From contig NW_015167530.1 of assembly GCF_001447785.1 (NCBI RefSeq), forward strand, positions 254,474 to 318,473: DNA of 64,000 nt, read 5' to 3'. Shown one piece after another: positions 13,116 through 25,687 of the stretch. Every line of letters begins with the position of its first letter. Positions within the stretch are counted from its first letter, which is position 1. Under the pieces are notes generated by a model. The model searched no databases. It was not told the DNA's origin and saw nothing but the letters and a program-made list of their open reading frames with translations. A program made the translations under genes and the position numbers. Source of the stretch: Gekko japonicus. Its lineage: Eukaryota.

Positions 13116-13602
13116 TGGTCAGGAACAAAAATGAAACCTGAACTATTATTGTCCTTGTGTCCCCTTCCTCCCCCCATATCCATCCTAGCCCTATTGACCA
13201 GACTTAAACAGGAAGTTCTGTGATCAGAACTGACTCCCCAGCCATGCAAGCAGGGGCCCAATTCCGGCCCGGGCCATGCTGTGCAGAGAGATAGGGTGGC
13301 CATGTAGCTAAATACCCCTGCTCCCAGCTGATGCTTCATAGACTGGAAGGGTGGAATCGAGGACTACCAACATGCAATATCACTTCTGGCACAAAACACC
13401 TAGAGCACTGTCCCTATGTGATGATAGCACTTCTGGGTTTTGCCCCGGAAGCAACACTGCATGGTGGTACAATGCCAGCACACCTGTCCCCATCCCAGTT
13501 CCTCTCAGCAAGTCGCCTGCTGCAGCTAGCAAACCTTCAGGGAGTGGATGCTTGAGTCCTCCTCCATGCTGTTTTTTTCCAATGTGAAAAATCCCCAAGG
13601 AC

Positions 13603-13811
13603 GGGGCTGTGGTTCAGTGGGTTGAGCAGCTGCTTGGCATGCAGAAGGTCCTAGGTTCAGTCCCCAGCATCTCCAGTTAAAAGGATCAGGTGGTAAATGA
13701 TGCAAAAGACCTCTTCCTGAGATCCTGGAAAGCCAATGCTGGTCTGAGTAGAAAATACTGAATTTGATGGACCAGTGGTCTGATTCAGTATAAGGCAGCT
13801 ACATGTGTTCA
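13603..13811 (+). mobile_element. tRNA-Ala-derived SINE with CR1-like tail (Squam2-like)
   Basis: ggggctgtggttcagtgg...tggcatgcagaaggtcctaggttcagtccccagcatctcc head; ...ggtctgattcagtataaggcagct tail. Confidence 0.75.
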
Positions 13812-14087
13812 ACAATTTGGTCTATTGGGGAAATGTACATGTAACCCTTTACCATTTCCCCTGTGAGTCAAGTAGCAGCTCCCCCTGGGCCAATTCAGAT
13901 TAGGAAAACAGCAGGAGGAAGGTGTAACCCTCTCCCTGCACACCACAATATGAATCCAAATCAGGCCTCCACTCCCTTGGGAATTGAATTCCTCAGCACA
14001 TCCAGTTGGAAAAACCCAGGGCTTACTTGGTGGGGGACACAAGGACACTTATTACCATGGTCCCCAGATTTGATAATCTGGGTTTAT

Positions 14088-14790
14088 TAGAATCATAGAG
14101 TTGGAAGGGACCTCCAGGGTCATCTAGTCCAACCCCCTGCACATTGCAGGAAATTCACAAATACATCCCCCATACACAGCCCCAGTGACAGCTGTTCCAC
14201 ACCCAGGAGATAACAACCTCCAGAATCTCCAGCCAAACTGGCCTGGAGGAAAAAAATGCTTCTTGACCCCAAAGTGGTGATCAGCATTTCCCCAGGTGTG
14301 TAAGAAAGGGCCACAAGAACTAAGCACTGATGCAACCCTTCCTTCCCTCCCTCTCATGATCTGCCTAAATTCACAGAATCAGCATTGCTGTCAGATGGCC
14401 ATCTAGCCTCTGTTTGAAAACCTCTGAAGAAGGAGAGCACACCACCTCCCAAGAAAGCCTGTTCCACTGAGGAGAAGTTCTTCCTAATGTTTAGCCGAAA
14501 ACTCTTCTGATTTAATTTCAACCCGTTGGTTCTGGTCCAACCATCTGGGGCTTCAGAAAACAACTCCGTACCATCCTCTATATGACAGCCCTTCAAGTAC
14601 TTGAAGACGGTTATCATATCACCTCTCAGTTGCCTCCTCTCCAGGCTAAACATACCCAGTTCCTTCAACCTTTCCTCATAGGTCTCCAGACCCCTCACCA
14701 TCTTCATTGCCCTCCTTTGGACACATTCCAGCTTGTCTATATCCTTCTTAAATTGTGGTGCCCAAAACTTAACACAATACTTTAGGTGAG
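14088..14790 (-). mobile_element. CR1 LINE 3' end, second subfamily
   Basis: [29 protein letters not shown]...[21 protein letters not shown]; ATTCTATG-type tail. Confidence 0.92.
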
Positions 14791-15559
14791 GTCTATTGGA
14801 ATTTTGAGAGAAGGTAGTGGGCACCACCACAAAATGGCAGCCACGAGGGCCCAGAGCAATCATAGAATATTGGGCTGTTCTAAGCCACCTACCTATGATG
14901 GAGGTAGCAATTTCTGCCGTTCTGCAAACAGAAAAGTGAAGCAGCCCTTCTCCAATGAAGTGGAAGAAAGGCAGGCTCTTTGATTTAGGGATTAGCTATT
15001 TTGGTTAAGAAGTGGGTACCAGGTGACACATTAGTGGGTGTCATGGTGCCCCTGAGCACCAGATTGTAGTGTACTTCAGTCCTGAGCTAAAGGGAGAAAG
15101 GGAAAGGAAAGCAACTATGTGGTGAATGGAAATTATGGGACTCCCCTCCTTCACAATATTCTAGCCCTTTATAGTACTTTTTTTAAATTGAAGGCAGAAA
15201 AGGTGGGTAAAAGGTAAGATTACAGTGAGACCTCATGTTCCATCAAATGTATTGCGTATTCTACATGATGTCAAGCAGATGACTCTGGTAAGCATTTTCG
15301 GAACAGATGTTATTTGTTTTGTTAAAAGACACAGAAAGTCATAAAGGAGAAGGACTGTCATAGGAACAAAAACCAGATATTAAATTACTAAGGTGAAAAA
15401 AGATGCCTGATTACTATCAAGGAAATGTTTAAACTGGTCTGAAATATATCCAAAAATCACACAGTGCAGTATGAAAGATGGAGCATCCATATTTTTCAGT
15501 CCATTCCATCATCAAAACTGCGTGCCTTCCTTTCTTCTTTTCTCCACACTATTTGTTGT

Positions 15560-16960
15560 GCATCACACACATAAAACTGCTTGTGACAGCAAAAGGGGAG
15601 GTTTATTGACAGGACTATGGGGGGCATCAGTGCTTGGTTTAGTGCTGTGTCAGGGAAATTCTCACTGAAGGAATCCGGATCTTGGCATGGAGAGGGGGGG
15701 ATGAGCCTGAAAATCAGCTCATCCTGGACTTACCCACCCACTGGACTCCACCTACGTCATGATTGTGTGTTTGTTGGAGCAAAAGAGCATGGTATAGGAT
15801 GTCATCTCATCCATGACCATTCTGCATGGGGAAGAGGGGCTCCGCATCAGCCCCAATGACTGGCTGACCCTCTCCCAGATGGTGTCTGTCCTTAACCCCT
15901 TCCAGGAGACCACCTGTGCTCTGTGCTCATGTGGCCGGCCTAGGGCATCATCCCCGATTAGAGGACTGGAGTGGGCTCTGGCCTCCACACTGGAGCTGGG
16001 CCCCAAGGGATGGTTGTTCTCCCACAGGTCAAGGCCTTGGTAGAGGTTGCAGGTGGGCATCACCCCCAGGTTGTATCCAGAGCCAGTTTGGTGTAGTGGA
16101 TGTGGTTAAGTGCGCGGACTCTAATCCGGGAGAACCGGGTTAGATTCCCCACTCCTCCACTTGCACCTGGCTGGATGACCTGGGGCAAGCCATAGTTCTG
16201 GCACAGCTGTTCTTGAAAAGAGCAGTTCCTGTCAGAGCTCTCTCTCAGCCCCACCTACCTCACAGGGTGTCTGTTGTGGGGAGGGGAAGGGAAAGGAGTT
16301 TGTAAGCCGCTCTGAAACTCCTTTGGGTAGTGAAGGGCGGGGTATAAATCCGAACTCCTCCTCCTCCTTCTGCAAGGAAGGGAAGTACAAGCTGGCCTCT
16401 ATCTGTGACTCCCAGATAAGAGGTGGCATTGCTCTCCAGAATGCAGTGCTCATGCAATGCAAGTGTGAGCTCTGCAAAGAAGTGTGGAGGCTACAGACCA
16501 ACAGACATGGCCAATCCAGAAGGAACAGTGAGTGGCAGAGGCGGGGGGGGAGAGAAGGAGGAGCTGCAGCCCAGCAGCTCTGCCTCAAACAACCTAGCCA
16601 GGGAGAAGCCCCACTACTGGTTGTCAGTAGTGAACTGGAAGGTCAGCAGCAGTCGAGATGCCAGGTATGCAGTGGCAGAGGATCTGGAAAATGTGATGGT
16701 GAGGGAGTACCTTGTCAAGTCCCCTGAGCCTGCCAATGTGGATTCCCTGGAGCAGTGGTCACATAAGGCCATTATCTGGGCTGACCTCTCTTGCATGGCC
16801 ATGAGTCACCTCTCCTGCCCTCCCACTAGTGTCCAGAGCGAGCAGGTGTTCTCCCATCTGGGAGACATTCTGAGCCCCCACCAATCCCACCTAGACCCAG
16901 CCAGGGTAGACAAGTGGGCCTTCCTCAAGTTTAACCTCCGGCTATCCCTCTCTGGACCTC
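15560..16960 (+). mobile_element. hAT transposase fossil (ZBED1/Ac-like), interrupted by a SINE
   Basis: ISPNDWLTLSQMVSVLNPFQETT; YKLASICD; dimerisation domain EYL...W...LSCPPTSVQSEQVFS.LG.IL...AFLKFN; frameshifted. Confidence 0.8.
16081..16370 (+). mobile_element. Squam3 (gecko-type) SINE
   Basis: tRNA head gtttggtgtagtgg...ggactctaatc; conserved body; (CTC/CTT)n tail. Confidence 0.85.
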
Positions 16961-18885
16961 ACAGAGTAAGATCCAGGCTTCCTGTTGTCTCCTTGCAAGT
17001 CCCCCATGAAGGGGGTTCCCATTCCTTCCCTCCGGTTCCTGGGCTGAGCAATCAGCCAAAATATTATACTGTGACAGGGTGGGACAGCCAGAATTCTTCT
17101 GGAAAGAAGTAAAGAGCGGCTCAGTCAGTAAAAGGAAAGAGAAACAGAGGGAAAATCTTGCCTCTGAGGAAGGGAAAAGGATGGAGGCATCATAACCCCT
17201 TCCCATTCCTCCTTCTCTCTGGCATGTGGGTTGTTTCCTTGGCACTTGGATGGGAGGATGGCCACCTCTGCTGAGTGGGGGTGGGCTGGCCCCACGCCCA
17301 ACCCTCGCTCACTGAAATTCCCCCACTGAGAAAACCCCTGGATACCCCCACTCATAACACCTACCTCATGGAACAACATCCACCTCAGCAAATATCTACG
17401 GCAACAAACATCTGCCGGTACAAGCAAGCCCGTTTGACTATCCCTTTCCATTGCACTTGTCCAATTCACAATAGGTTACCTCCTATCTGTACAATGTGTT
17501 CTGCTAATAGTGAATAATCAGAAATTTCACCTAAGGGCAGGCAGTGACCAGAGGATCAATGTGTTTGGGCCTGAGGGGGCCTGGGAACGTTGTGGGCACA
17601 CCTTGCTGGGTTCCAGTGGTTGCCAGGGGTCTCTGCCAAGCTGCTATTAGCAGTCAGACCCCTCCTCTTGTAGAGGGGCAGTTTATAGTTCATAGAGTAA
17701 GGTTTCACTTTAACCAAGAGGGATATGGTTTCACTTTAACCAGGAGGGAACAGTGAACACAAAACAGTGTTTAGCAAAGATTTATCACTGAGCAGAAGCA
17801 CCAGATGACTAACAAAGCACTGATGAAGACGGATGTACTCTTGCCAGTTAAACACAAGTCATGTGGCAAGAATTTCTCACTTTCCCTTTACTACAAGTTA
17901 AAAGGGAAATTATGAGATCAGCAAAAAAATCAAGACAGAGTCAGTAAGATTTATTTCCATAGATGGATGTGGGGCACCATTGGCTGTGTTTCAGAAGTCC
18001 TGTTCATCTTCTTCTGCCCAAAGGCTTATGTTTCTATCAGTGGGCCAGATAACAGTGTGATGTACCTTACCTTCATATTGTTGGTTCAAGGATATTCTGC
18101 ACACTACATCATTCTTCTAAGTCACAGCTGGACCCACCTCACAGGGTGTCTGTTGTGGGGAGGGGAAGGGAAAGGAGTTTGTAAGCCGCTCTGAGACTCC
18201 AAGTGAAGGGCAGGGTATAAATCCAATCTCCTCCTCCTCTCCTCCTCCTGGACCTCATTTGAAGGAGTGAATTGGGAAATTATACACTTGGAAAAGGAGA
18301 AATTAACCCACTTCTAGCCCAGCAGAATGACTTGTAATTTACTTTCTGTATTACATCTTTAATTTACTGAGTCTGCATTACTTTCTATATTATACTTTTT
18401 AACACACACAATGAGGTGGAGAATTACCAGAGTGTGATGTGGCTGAATGTAACTCAGTAGAAAATGAAGCTAGGAGTCTCAAACTTGACCACCAGCTTGA
18501 AGAGTTGCAAAAAATGAAGAGAACTGGAGCGTCCTAGCCAGGGGTCATTTCGTAGAAAAAGAAAATGAAGAGAACTGGAGCGTCCTAGCCCAGATTCTCT
18601 CTTGCCTGGGTAACCTTGGCTCAGTCACACACTCAACCTAACCTGCCTCAGTGGGTTATTGTGAAGATAAAATGTGGGAGAGAAAAATTATGTAAGACAC
18701 TTTAGGCCTACATTAGAGTGAAAGGTGGGGTATAAATGAATTAAATCTACATCTAAGATGATTTAAGCATGTATTTCAAAGCATTTTTGCAAGTGTCATA
18801 ACTCTTGTGCAAGAGCTTGACTTAGGCCAGTGAACTTCTATGCAATGTGTAAAATGGCCATTTGAAGTAAGTATAATCCAGATAA

Positions 18886-19160
18886 AGCCAGTTTGGTGTA
18901 GTGGTTAATTCTGCGGACTCTAATCTGGGAGAACCGGGTTTGATTCCCCACTCCTCCACTTGCACCTGCTGGATGGCCTTGGGCAAGCCATGGTTCTGGC
19001 ACAGCTGTTCCCTCAAGGACAGTTCTGCAAAGAGCTCTCTCAGCCCCACCTACCTCACAGGGTGTCTGTTGTGGGGAGGGGAAGGGAAAGGAGTTTGTAA
19101 GCCGCTCTGAGACACCTTTGGGTAGTGAAGGGCGGAGTATAAATCCAATCTCTTTTTCTC
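18886..19160 (+). mobile_element. Squam3 SINE
   Basis: Near-identical to the 16081 copy; a 3' half-copy also lies at about 18134-18250. Confidence 0.85.
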
Positions 19161-19223
19161 CCCTGTGCAGGCCCTCAGCTGCAACCAATATAGGGTAAAC
19201 CTAAATACATAATATAGGGTAAG

Positions 19224-19350
19224 GCTTGCCTCTGTACTCCCAACTTGGTTTTCCAAGGGAGTCTCCCATCCAAGTACTAACCACAGTCAACCCTGCTTAG
19301 CTTCTGAGATCTTACAAGGTTGGGCTTGCCTGGGCTATCCAGGTCAGGGC
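19224..19350 (-). mobile_element. 5S rRNA-derived SINE (SINE3) fragment
   Basis: Minus strand gatctcagaagctaagcaggg...tggttagtacttggatgggagac is the 5S A, IE and C box region; the 5' end is not 5S, so it is not a gene. Confidence 0.8.
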
Positions 19351-21464
19351 AGACCTATCTCCTTTAATAGAATTCTCAACTAAAACTTTATTTCAGAGAA
19401 TGTCCATGAGGTAATTCATAGGGAAATGAATTCTGTTGTATCCAGAGAGAGAATAGTAAGGTTCTGTATCTCATTTGATGGTTTCTTTACCGCCTTGTTC
19501 AAAAGCAGACTACAAGACAGCATCAAGCCATACATAAATGATTGAATATACTACCCCCTTGACTAATTCATTGAATTAGGGTTTAATTTTTTTTAGAATT
19601 CTTCTAAGAGATTTGAAAGTACTCCTGCTGCTTAATCCTCAACAATCTTGCTTTCCCCTTGTGGTAAATGTGGTTTGGTATACTACGGCTGCTCTGACAC
19701 TGAGCTACCAAAGTCTTAGAGAAACATGTGAAGGGAAAGTTAAGATTTTAGCTACACATTCAGAGCTTTTGGAGCCGGCCCATACTTTAATTTGGTAACC
19801 ATGTTTGTTGCCAGCCACACCAGGGCTATAGCTGTGTTTCCCATAGCAAATATGTAACGTGGATGACAAATCCTTGAATACCCACATACAAGCAACCTGG
19901 GAAATTCAGATGAATCAGAACACTCAGGAATGGAAGCACATGTCGAATGGAAGCACATGTCAAGCAACTATTGTTCAAATATTACATGCTACTGCAGAAA
20001 ACATGGGCATTTTTTAAAGAAAGCTCAACGCTGATGCTGAGTTATTTAGCCTTTACAGTCTTCCAGTTCTGCACTAACTCTCAGCACAAACAAAAATTTG
20101 AGCAGGCTAGAAATGCCCCCCATTATTACATTTTATATAATATAGCTCATTCCCCCACCCAAAGAGTTTTCACCTGGCTTGTAATATCAGGGCACGCACA
20201 CTGAGAGGGCCATATGCAAGGGACTTATTGATGCCTAGAACAGTAGTTTCTACGACCAACCCCAGTCAGCAGCCACTTGGAAATTCAGCCAACCTTTCCA
20301 AGCACATCTGGGAGAAAGAATCTAAGGATCTGGCCAGCAATCCAAGAAAGAAACCAACCAAGATAACTGGCCTAAAAAGAGGAAGCATTCACCAAACAAA
20401 CGGCAGCTTGGCCAGGTAGTCTGAACACAAAGTTCAAAGAACAATGAGACTATCACTAAGAGCAAGAGACCAACCTCAAAAGAACTTAACAAGAATCATC
20501 AGCTGATGCCACTTGTCCGGAATTTCATCCTATATTACAAAACAGAGAAATTCTGTGGAGAAAACTGTATCAATTAATAATACATCTGAGCTGGACAAAT
20601 TAGTGTTCTAAATCAGGAAGTTACAGATTTCAGGCACACCACCAGATCTCTTCCTCTCCCCCCCCCCCCCCCTTTTTTTTTTCGCCCCCCCGTTTAATTT
20701 TTTAAAACATTTTCCTGCATTTCTCATGTGGCTCAAGGCTATCTAAAATTCCAAAAATAAAAAACATACAAAACACTGAAAAATCCCACTTATCTCCCAA
20801 GAAAATGCCTGAATTTAAAGTCCTCACGAAAGGCCATACAGTGCCTCCTAAGAATGTCTAAAGGTGGTGCTTTCATCACTTCCTCAGGGGGGCTTGTTCC
20901 ACAAGGTGGGAGCCACTATAGAAAAGGAACAGGCTCTAGTGGATGCCAAGGAGGCCATCTTAAATTGGGGAACAACTAGAATGTGGAAATCAGAAGAATA
21001 TAGGTGGCACACAAGAATATGTCAGGAGACACAGTCCTTTAGATATGACAGGTCCAAGGAAACCAACATCTTCCAAGTGTGCAGGAGGCAAGTCAAGCCA
21101 ACCCTCCTCTGGATTCAGAAAAAGCAACCAGCAATTGCCTATCTAAATTATACTGAATATTACTGATATTCTAAAATTAGTGAGAGCGTTAAAAAGAGAA
21201 TCACCATTATGGAGAAGCAATATAAAGGCAAACTTCACACGTTGCTTTCATGTGTTATATTGACTCTATTGCCCTTGCTAAATTAGCCTTTGAAACTGAA
21301 TTTTTAACTAGAGGCCCTTTACTCCCCCCCCCCCCCCCGACAATGTGTGCTTTCAAAAAGGAAACTTACATCTTACCAGGGGTCAAAGCACGTTTTCTTT
21401 TACTAATTTCACAGCATCCCAATGAGGTGAGGCTTGTGAATTACTACCCTCTTTGAAGATACAA

Positions 21465-21817
21465 GTAGGAGCTGCGGTGGCTCAAGTGGTTAAGACGCTG
21501 AACTGCAGGCTGTGGAAAGTCAGTATCTCAGCGGTTCAAGACCCGGGGGCCGCAAGACAGGGTGAGCTCCTGTCTCTAGTTCCAGCTCCTGCCAACCTAG
21601 CAGTTCGAAAGCAAGAAATTGCAAGTAGATAAATAGGTACCACTTCGGTGGGAAGGTAACAGCGTTCCGTGCGCCTTGGTGTTTAGTCATGCCGGCCACA
21701 TGACCACGGAAACGTCTTCGGACAGCGCTGGCTCTTCGGCTTTGAAACGGAGATGAGCACCGCAACCCTAGAGTCGGATTCGACTGGCTTTCGAGCAAGG
21801 GAACCTTTACCTTTACC
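21465..21817 (+). mobile_element. Sauria SINE (Squam1), full length
   Basis: ctgccaacctagcagttcgaaagc...aaataggtaccac core; (ACCTTT)n tail; 12-bp TSD TTGAAGATACAA at 21453-21464 and 21818-21829. Confidence 0.92.
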
Positions 21818-23159
21818 TTGAAGATACAAACAGATCTCTCTCACTATAACTCCTCAAACTAAGGCATAATTTCATCCAAGTATTTTAAAATTGCTCCCAG
21901 ACTTAGATCCTTCACTTCATAAAGGCTTTAAATTGAGTTTGCTGCACAGAGCAATTTAGCTGTTAATCTGGCTCAAGTAAAACCTAAGCATCCAGCTGGG
22001 ACAACGTTCTGATAAATAGGCAGCAGTTCAGAGCACAAACAATGCAACCACCTCAAGTTTTAGAAATTCAGTTTAGATGTGATACTGGTTGGGTTACAAT
22101 AACACCACCTAAACAAGCCACAGTAATTGCGAGAGGAAATTCTGCAGATTTGTGTAGATTTGGGACTAGACCCAACTGCATAAAAATTAGATAGTATGTG
22201 GTAGTCACCAGTTACCACATAGGTCTGGTTTAGACCTTTAGCAGACCACTGAGAATATTTTCATGGTGGAAAATGGTCACATACCCTTCCCCCATGCAGA
22301 CATCACACATGTGAGCAGTTTCCTAGCCTGGGGTGTATGTGTCGTAGCCTGGTTGGTCCACGACAGGGGGATTGCAAGTCAGATGCATGTGAACAATCCT
22401 CACAGATATCAGATACGTGAAGACAAATGCCTTCTGCTTCACTACATGAATATCTTTATCTGTAAATACCTAATACCATAATCTATTTTAGTACTCAACC
22501 AAGCGTTTACGTTAATGCTACATCAAACATCATCTTCTCAATGTAACAGTCAGGTATTAATCTGGCAATAATTTAACTGGAATTATAGAACTGTTCAACG
22601 GGTTTATTGGGAATCATGTGTAAATCATGCATTTTTAAGACACATATGGTAGTCCTGTCCATTAATAAAAAGGTTTTGGAAGATATGTATTTCTGGCAAC
22701 CAATCATATGAAAGATCCAAAAATCTCCTAGCTCTTCTAGGAAAACCAGTACCATCTGACCATAAAAATGATTCATGATATTTTAATACAGGTGAAAATG
22801 CTTATTGCTAATAACTGTCCAAGTGCGAAGAATCTGTACATCAAGTAATGGATTAATAAGGTTGGGCAAATATTTAAACTTTCCAAATTAAAAGAACGTG
22901 TACATCTGAGAAAGAGGAAACAACTAAAACCTACCTTTCATAAACGCTGACAACCCATTATTGACTGTGTATACATTAAAAATATGGATTAAGTATTAAT
23001 TTTACCAGTGATCTTCCTTTTTAAAGCAAAGGTTACAATTTGGTTTAATAAAAATATTTTTATTTATATACTTTATATTTTGTATGTGTGTGTGTATATG
23101 TATCTTTAATGTGAATGTTATGGGAATTCTATAAACATAAGCATGCTGAAAACTATTTC

Positions 23160-25660
23160 TTTATTTTTTTATATAATATTCTGTTTATTAAATTTCCAGC
23201 AGATTTTCCTCACTCAAAGTAAAACAAAATTACAAACCGTAAATGTACATATTAACAGAGATCTTCCACCATATAACATAAATAATTCCATATTTGGCAC
23301 CCATAAAATAAAATTACATTAATTTGAACCCAATCTTGACTCTTTCAACCAATCATAAAATTTTTTCCAGTACTTCTCATACTTTTCCAGGTTTCTTTCT
23401 TCTACAATATAAGTTAGTTTCTCCATTTCTGCGATATGAAATAGTTTACTAATAATCTCTTTAGAAGGAATATTTTTCTCCTTCCATCTTTTTGCGAATA
23501 CAATTCTCGCTGCCGTTAATATCTGCATAATTAGATATATCTCTTTTTCCTTAAATGTATCGGGTAACACATTTAACAAACAGCATTCTGACATCAAAGG
23601 GAAATCTTTACCGAGCATTTTATCTATAATTTCTTTCACCATAGCCCAATATTGTTTTGTTTTAGTACAGAGCCACCACATATGGTAGAAAGTACCGGTA
23701 CAAAAATTACACTTCCAACAGTTTCTTCCTATCTTCCCGTTAAATTTGTTTAGTCTAGCCGGAGAGATATGCCACCTGTAAAACATCTTTATAATATTTT
23801 CTTTAAAAGCACTTGTTCTTACAAATTTTATATTTCTTGTCCACACTTTTTCCCATTGTTCAAAACTCAAATTGTAACCCATATCTTGTGCCCACGCTAT
23901 CATTGATGGTTTTATCTGCTCATCTGCCATTTTCCACTCTAACCAGAAGTTATACATTTTTTAATGAATTTTTCTTTTGTACTCATCCAGATCTTATCTA
24001 ATACAGTCTGAATTGCATAGATACCCACTTGTTTATCTTTTGTCCATCTTGAGGTAAGTTGATTTTTTCCCCCACCACATCAAATTAGTACCTTGTTCTT
24101 TAAGGAGTTTTTCCAATATTAACTCTCCCTTTGACTCTAAATATCTTCATACCTCCATTTATGATATTTAATATACAATGAAGGTTTATCAAAAGCTTCT
24201 ATGTGCGAGAGCCACCTGGGTAACCTTATAAAATATTTTATTTTTATCTCCTCCCAAACTTTATATAAAGCAGCTCTAACCGCTCTAATAGTATGTTGTT
24301 TTAAAAGGGTGGCCAGCCTGCCTTTGTTATACCACATATAAAAATGCCATCCCCTCTGTATATCATGTCCCTCCAGATTCAATAATCTTTTATCGTCTTG
24401 TACAATCCAATCCCTTAACCAGTTCATAGCCGCTGCTCTATAATATAAGGCCCAATCCGGAGGTGCTAATCCAACTCTTTGTTTTCTTTCTTGTAAATAT
24501 TTTAACTTTATTCTTGGCCTTTTTTGTTGCCAAATAAAATCCTTTACTAACTTTTCCAGATCTTTGAAAAACATTTGATTTCTTAAGATAGGGATGGTTT
24601 GGAACAAAAAAAGAATACGTGGTAAAACATTCATTTTTATCGTTGACACTCTCCTCTCCCCATCAATGAAATATGTAAATCTCTCCAAGTTTCTAAGTCC
24701 TTTTTTATATCTGAAATTAATTTTTTATAATTGTCATTATACAATGAGCAACACCTGTTCGTCAGTAATATACCTAAATATTTTACCTTCTTCTGTATTT
24801 CGAAGCCTGAAAGATCTTGAAGTTGTTTTTCTATATTTCCTCTAGCATTTTTTAATAAAATCTTTGTTTTCTTTTTATTTATTTTTAATCCTGCCACTTC
24901 AATATTTTCTTTTAAGGCAGAAATTAATTTATCCAACGAGTTTTGTGGTTCTTCCAAAATAACAGTCATATCTTCGGCAAAAGCTTGTACTTTATAATTT
25001 TCCCCTTTTATCTCTAGACCCTTAATTTCTTTATCATTTCTAATACATGTTAAGAGAATTTCTATAGCAAAAATATATAGAAGTGGCGATAACGGGCAAC
25101 CCTGACAGGTACCCTTTTGAATTTCAATGTTACTTGTCAAATCTCAATTTATTGTTATTTTAGCTGTTTGTATATCATAATTTTTTTTTACCATTCTCAA
25201 AAATTTCTCTCCACAATCCCAATATTCCAACTTTTCTAATACAAAGTTCCAATTAATATTATCGAATGCTTTCTCAGCGTCAGCAAATATTAATGCCATT
25301 GTTTTTTCCGGGTGTTGTTCATAAAATTCTAACACATTTAAGATTGTTCTTACATTATCCTTAATCTGCCTCTTCGGCAAGAAGCCTGTTTGGTCCTTAT
25401 GTATAACTTGACGAAGAACCCTCTTAAACCTGGCCGCTAACACATATGCATACATTTTATAGTCAGCGTTGAGGAGTGATATAGGCCTATAATTACGTAT
25501 TTCATTTCTTTCTGTACCCTGTTTATGTATTAAGGTAATTTGAGCTTCTCTCCACGAGCATGGTATTTGTCCCTCACCCGAGATGTTATTAATTACCTTT
25601 TGCAGTGGTAATGCTATTACCTTTTGCAGTGGTAATGCTATTTCTTCAGTGTTTGTACTT
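23160..25660 (-). mobile_element. L1 LINE ORF2 (RT plus C-terminal Zn knuckle), 5'-truncated and frameshifted
   Basis: YRPISLLNADYK, DAEKAFD, GTCQGCPLSPLLY, KYLGI, KMNVLPR, CWKC...GTFYHMWW.C; AATAAA and A-rich tail near 23160-23190. Confidence 0.92.
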
Positions 25661-25687
25661 AAAAAAAAATTAAAATACAAAAAAAGT

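Noticed and set aside
13603-13675. tRNA-Ala gene (also 62752 and the Squam3 heads)
   Set aside because: Cloverleaves are degenerate and continue into shared SINE bodies and tails
17963-18052. ASIP first coding exon (ccatag ATG GAT GTG...)
   Set aside because: Reads MDVGHHWLCFRSP... and stops after 29 codons; no signal peptide or P.SIV|gt end
19250-19350. Functional 5S rRNA gene
   Set aside because: The 5' end and several stems do not match 5S; better explained as a SINE3 fragment
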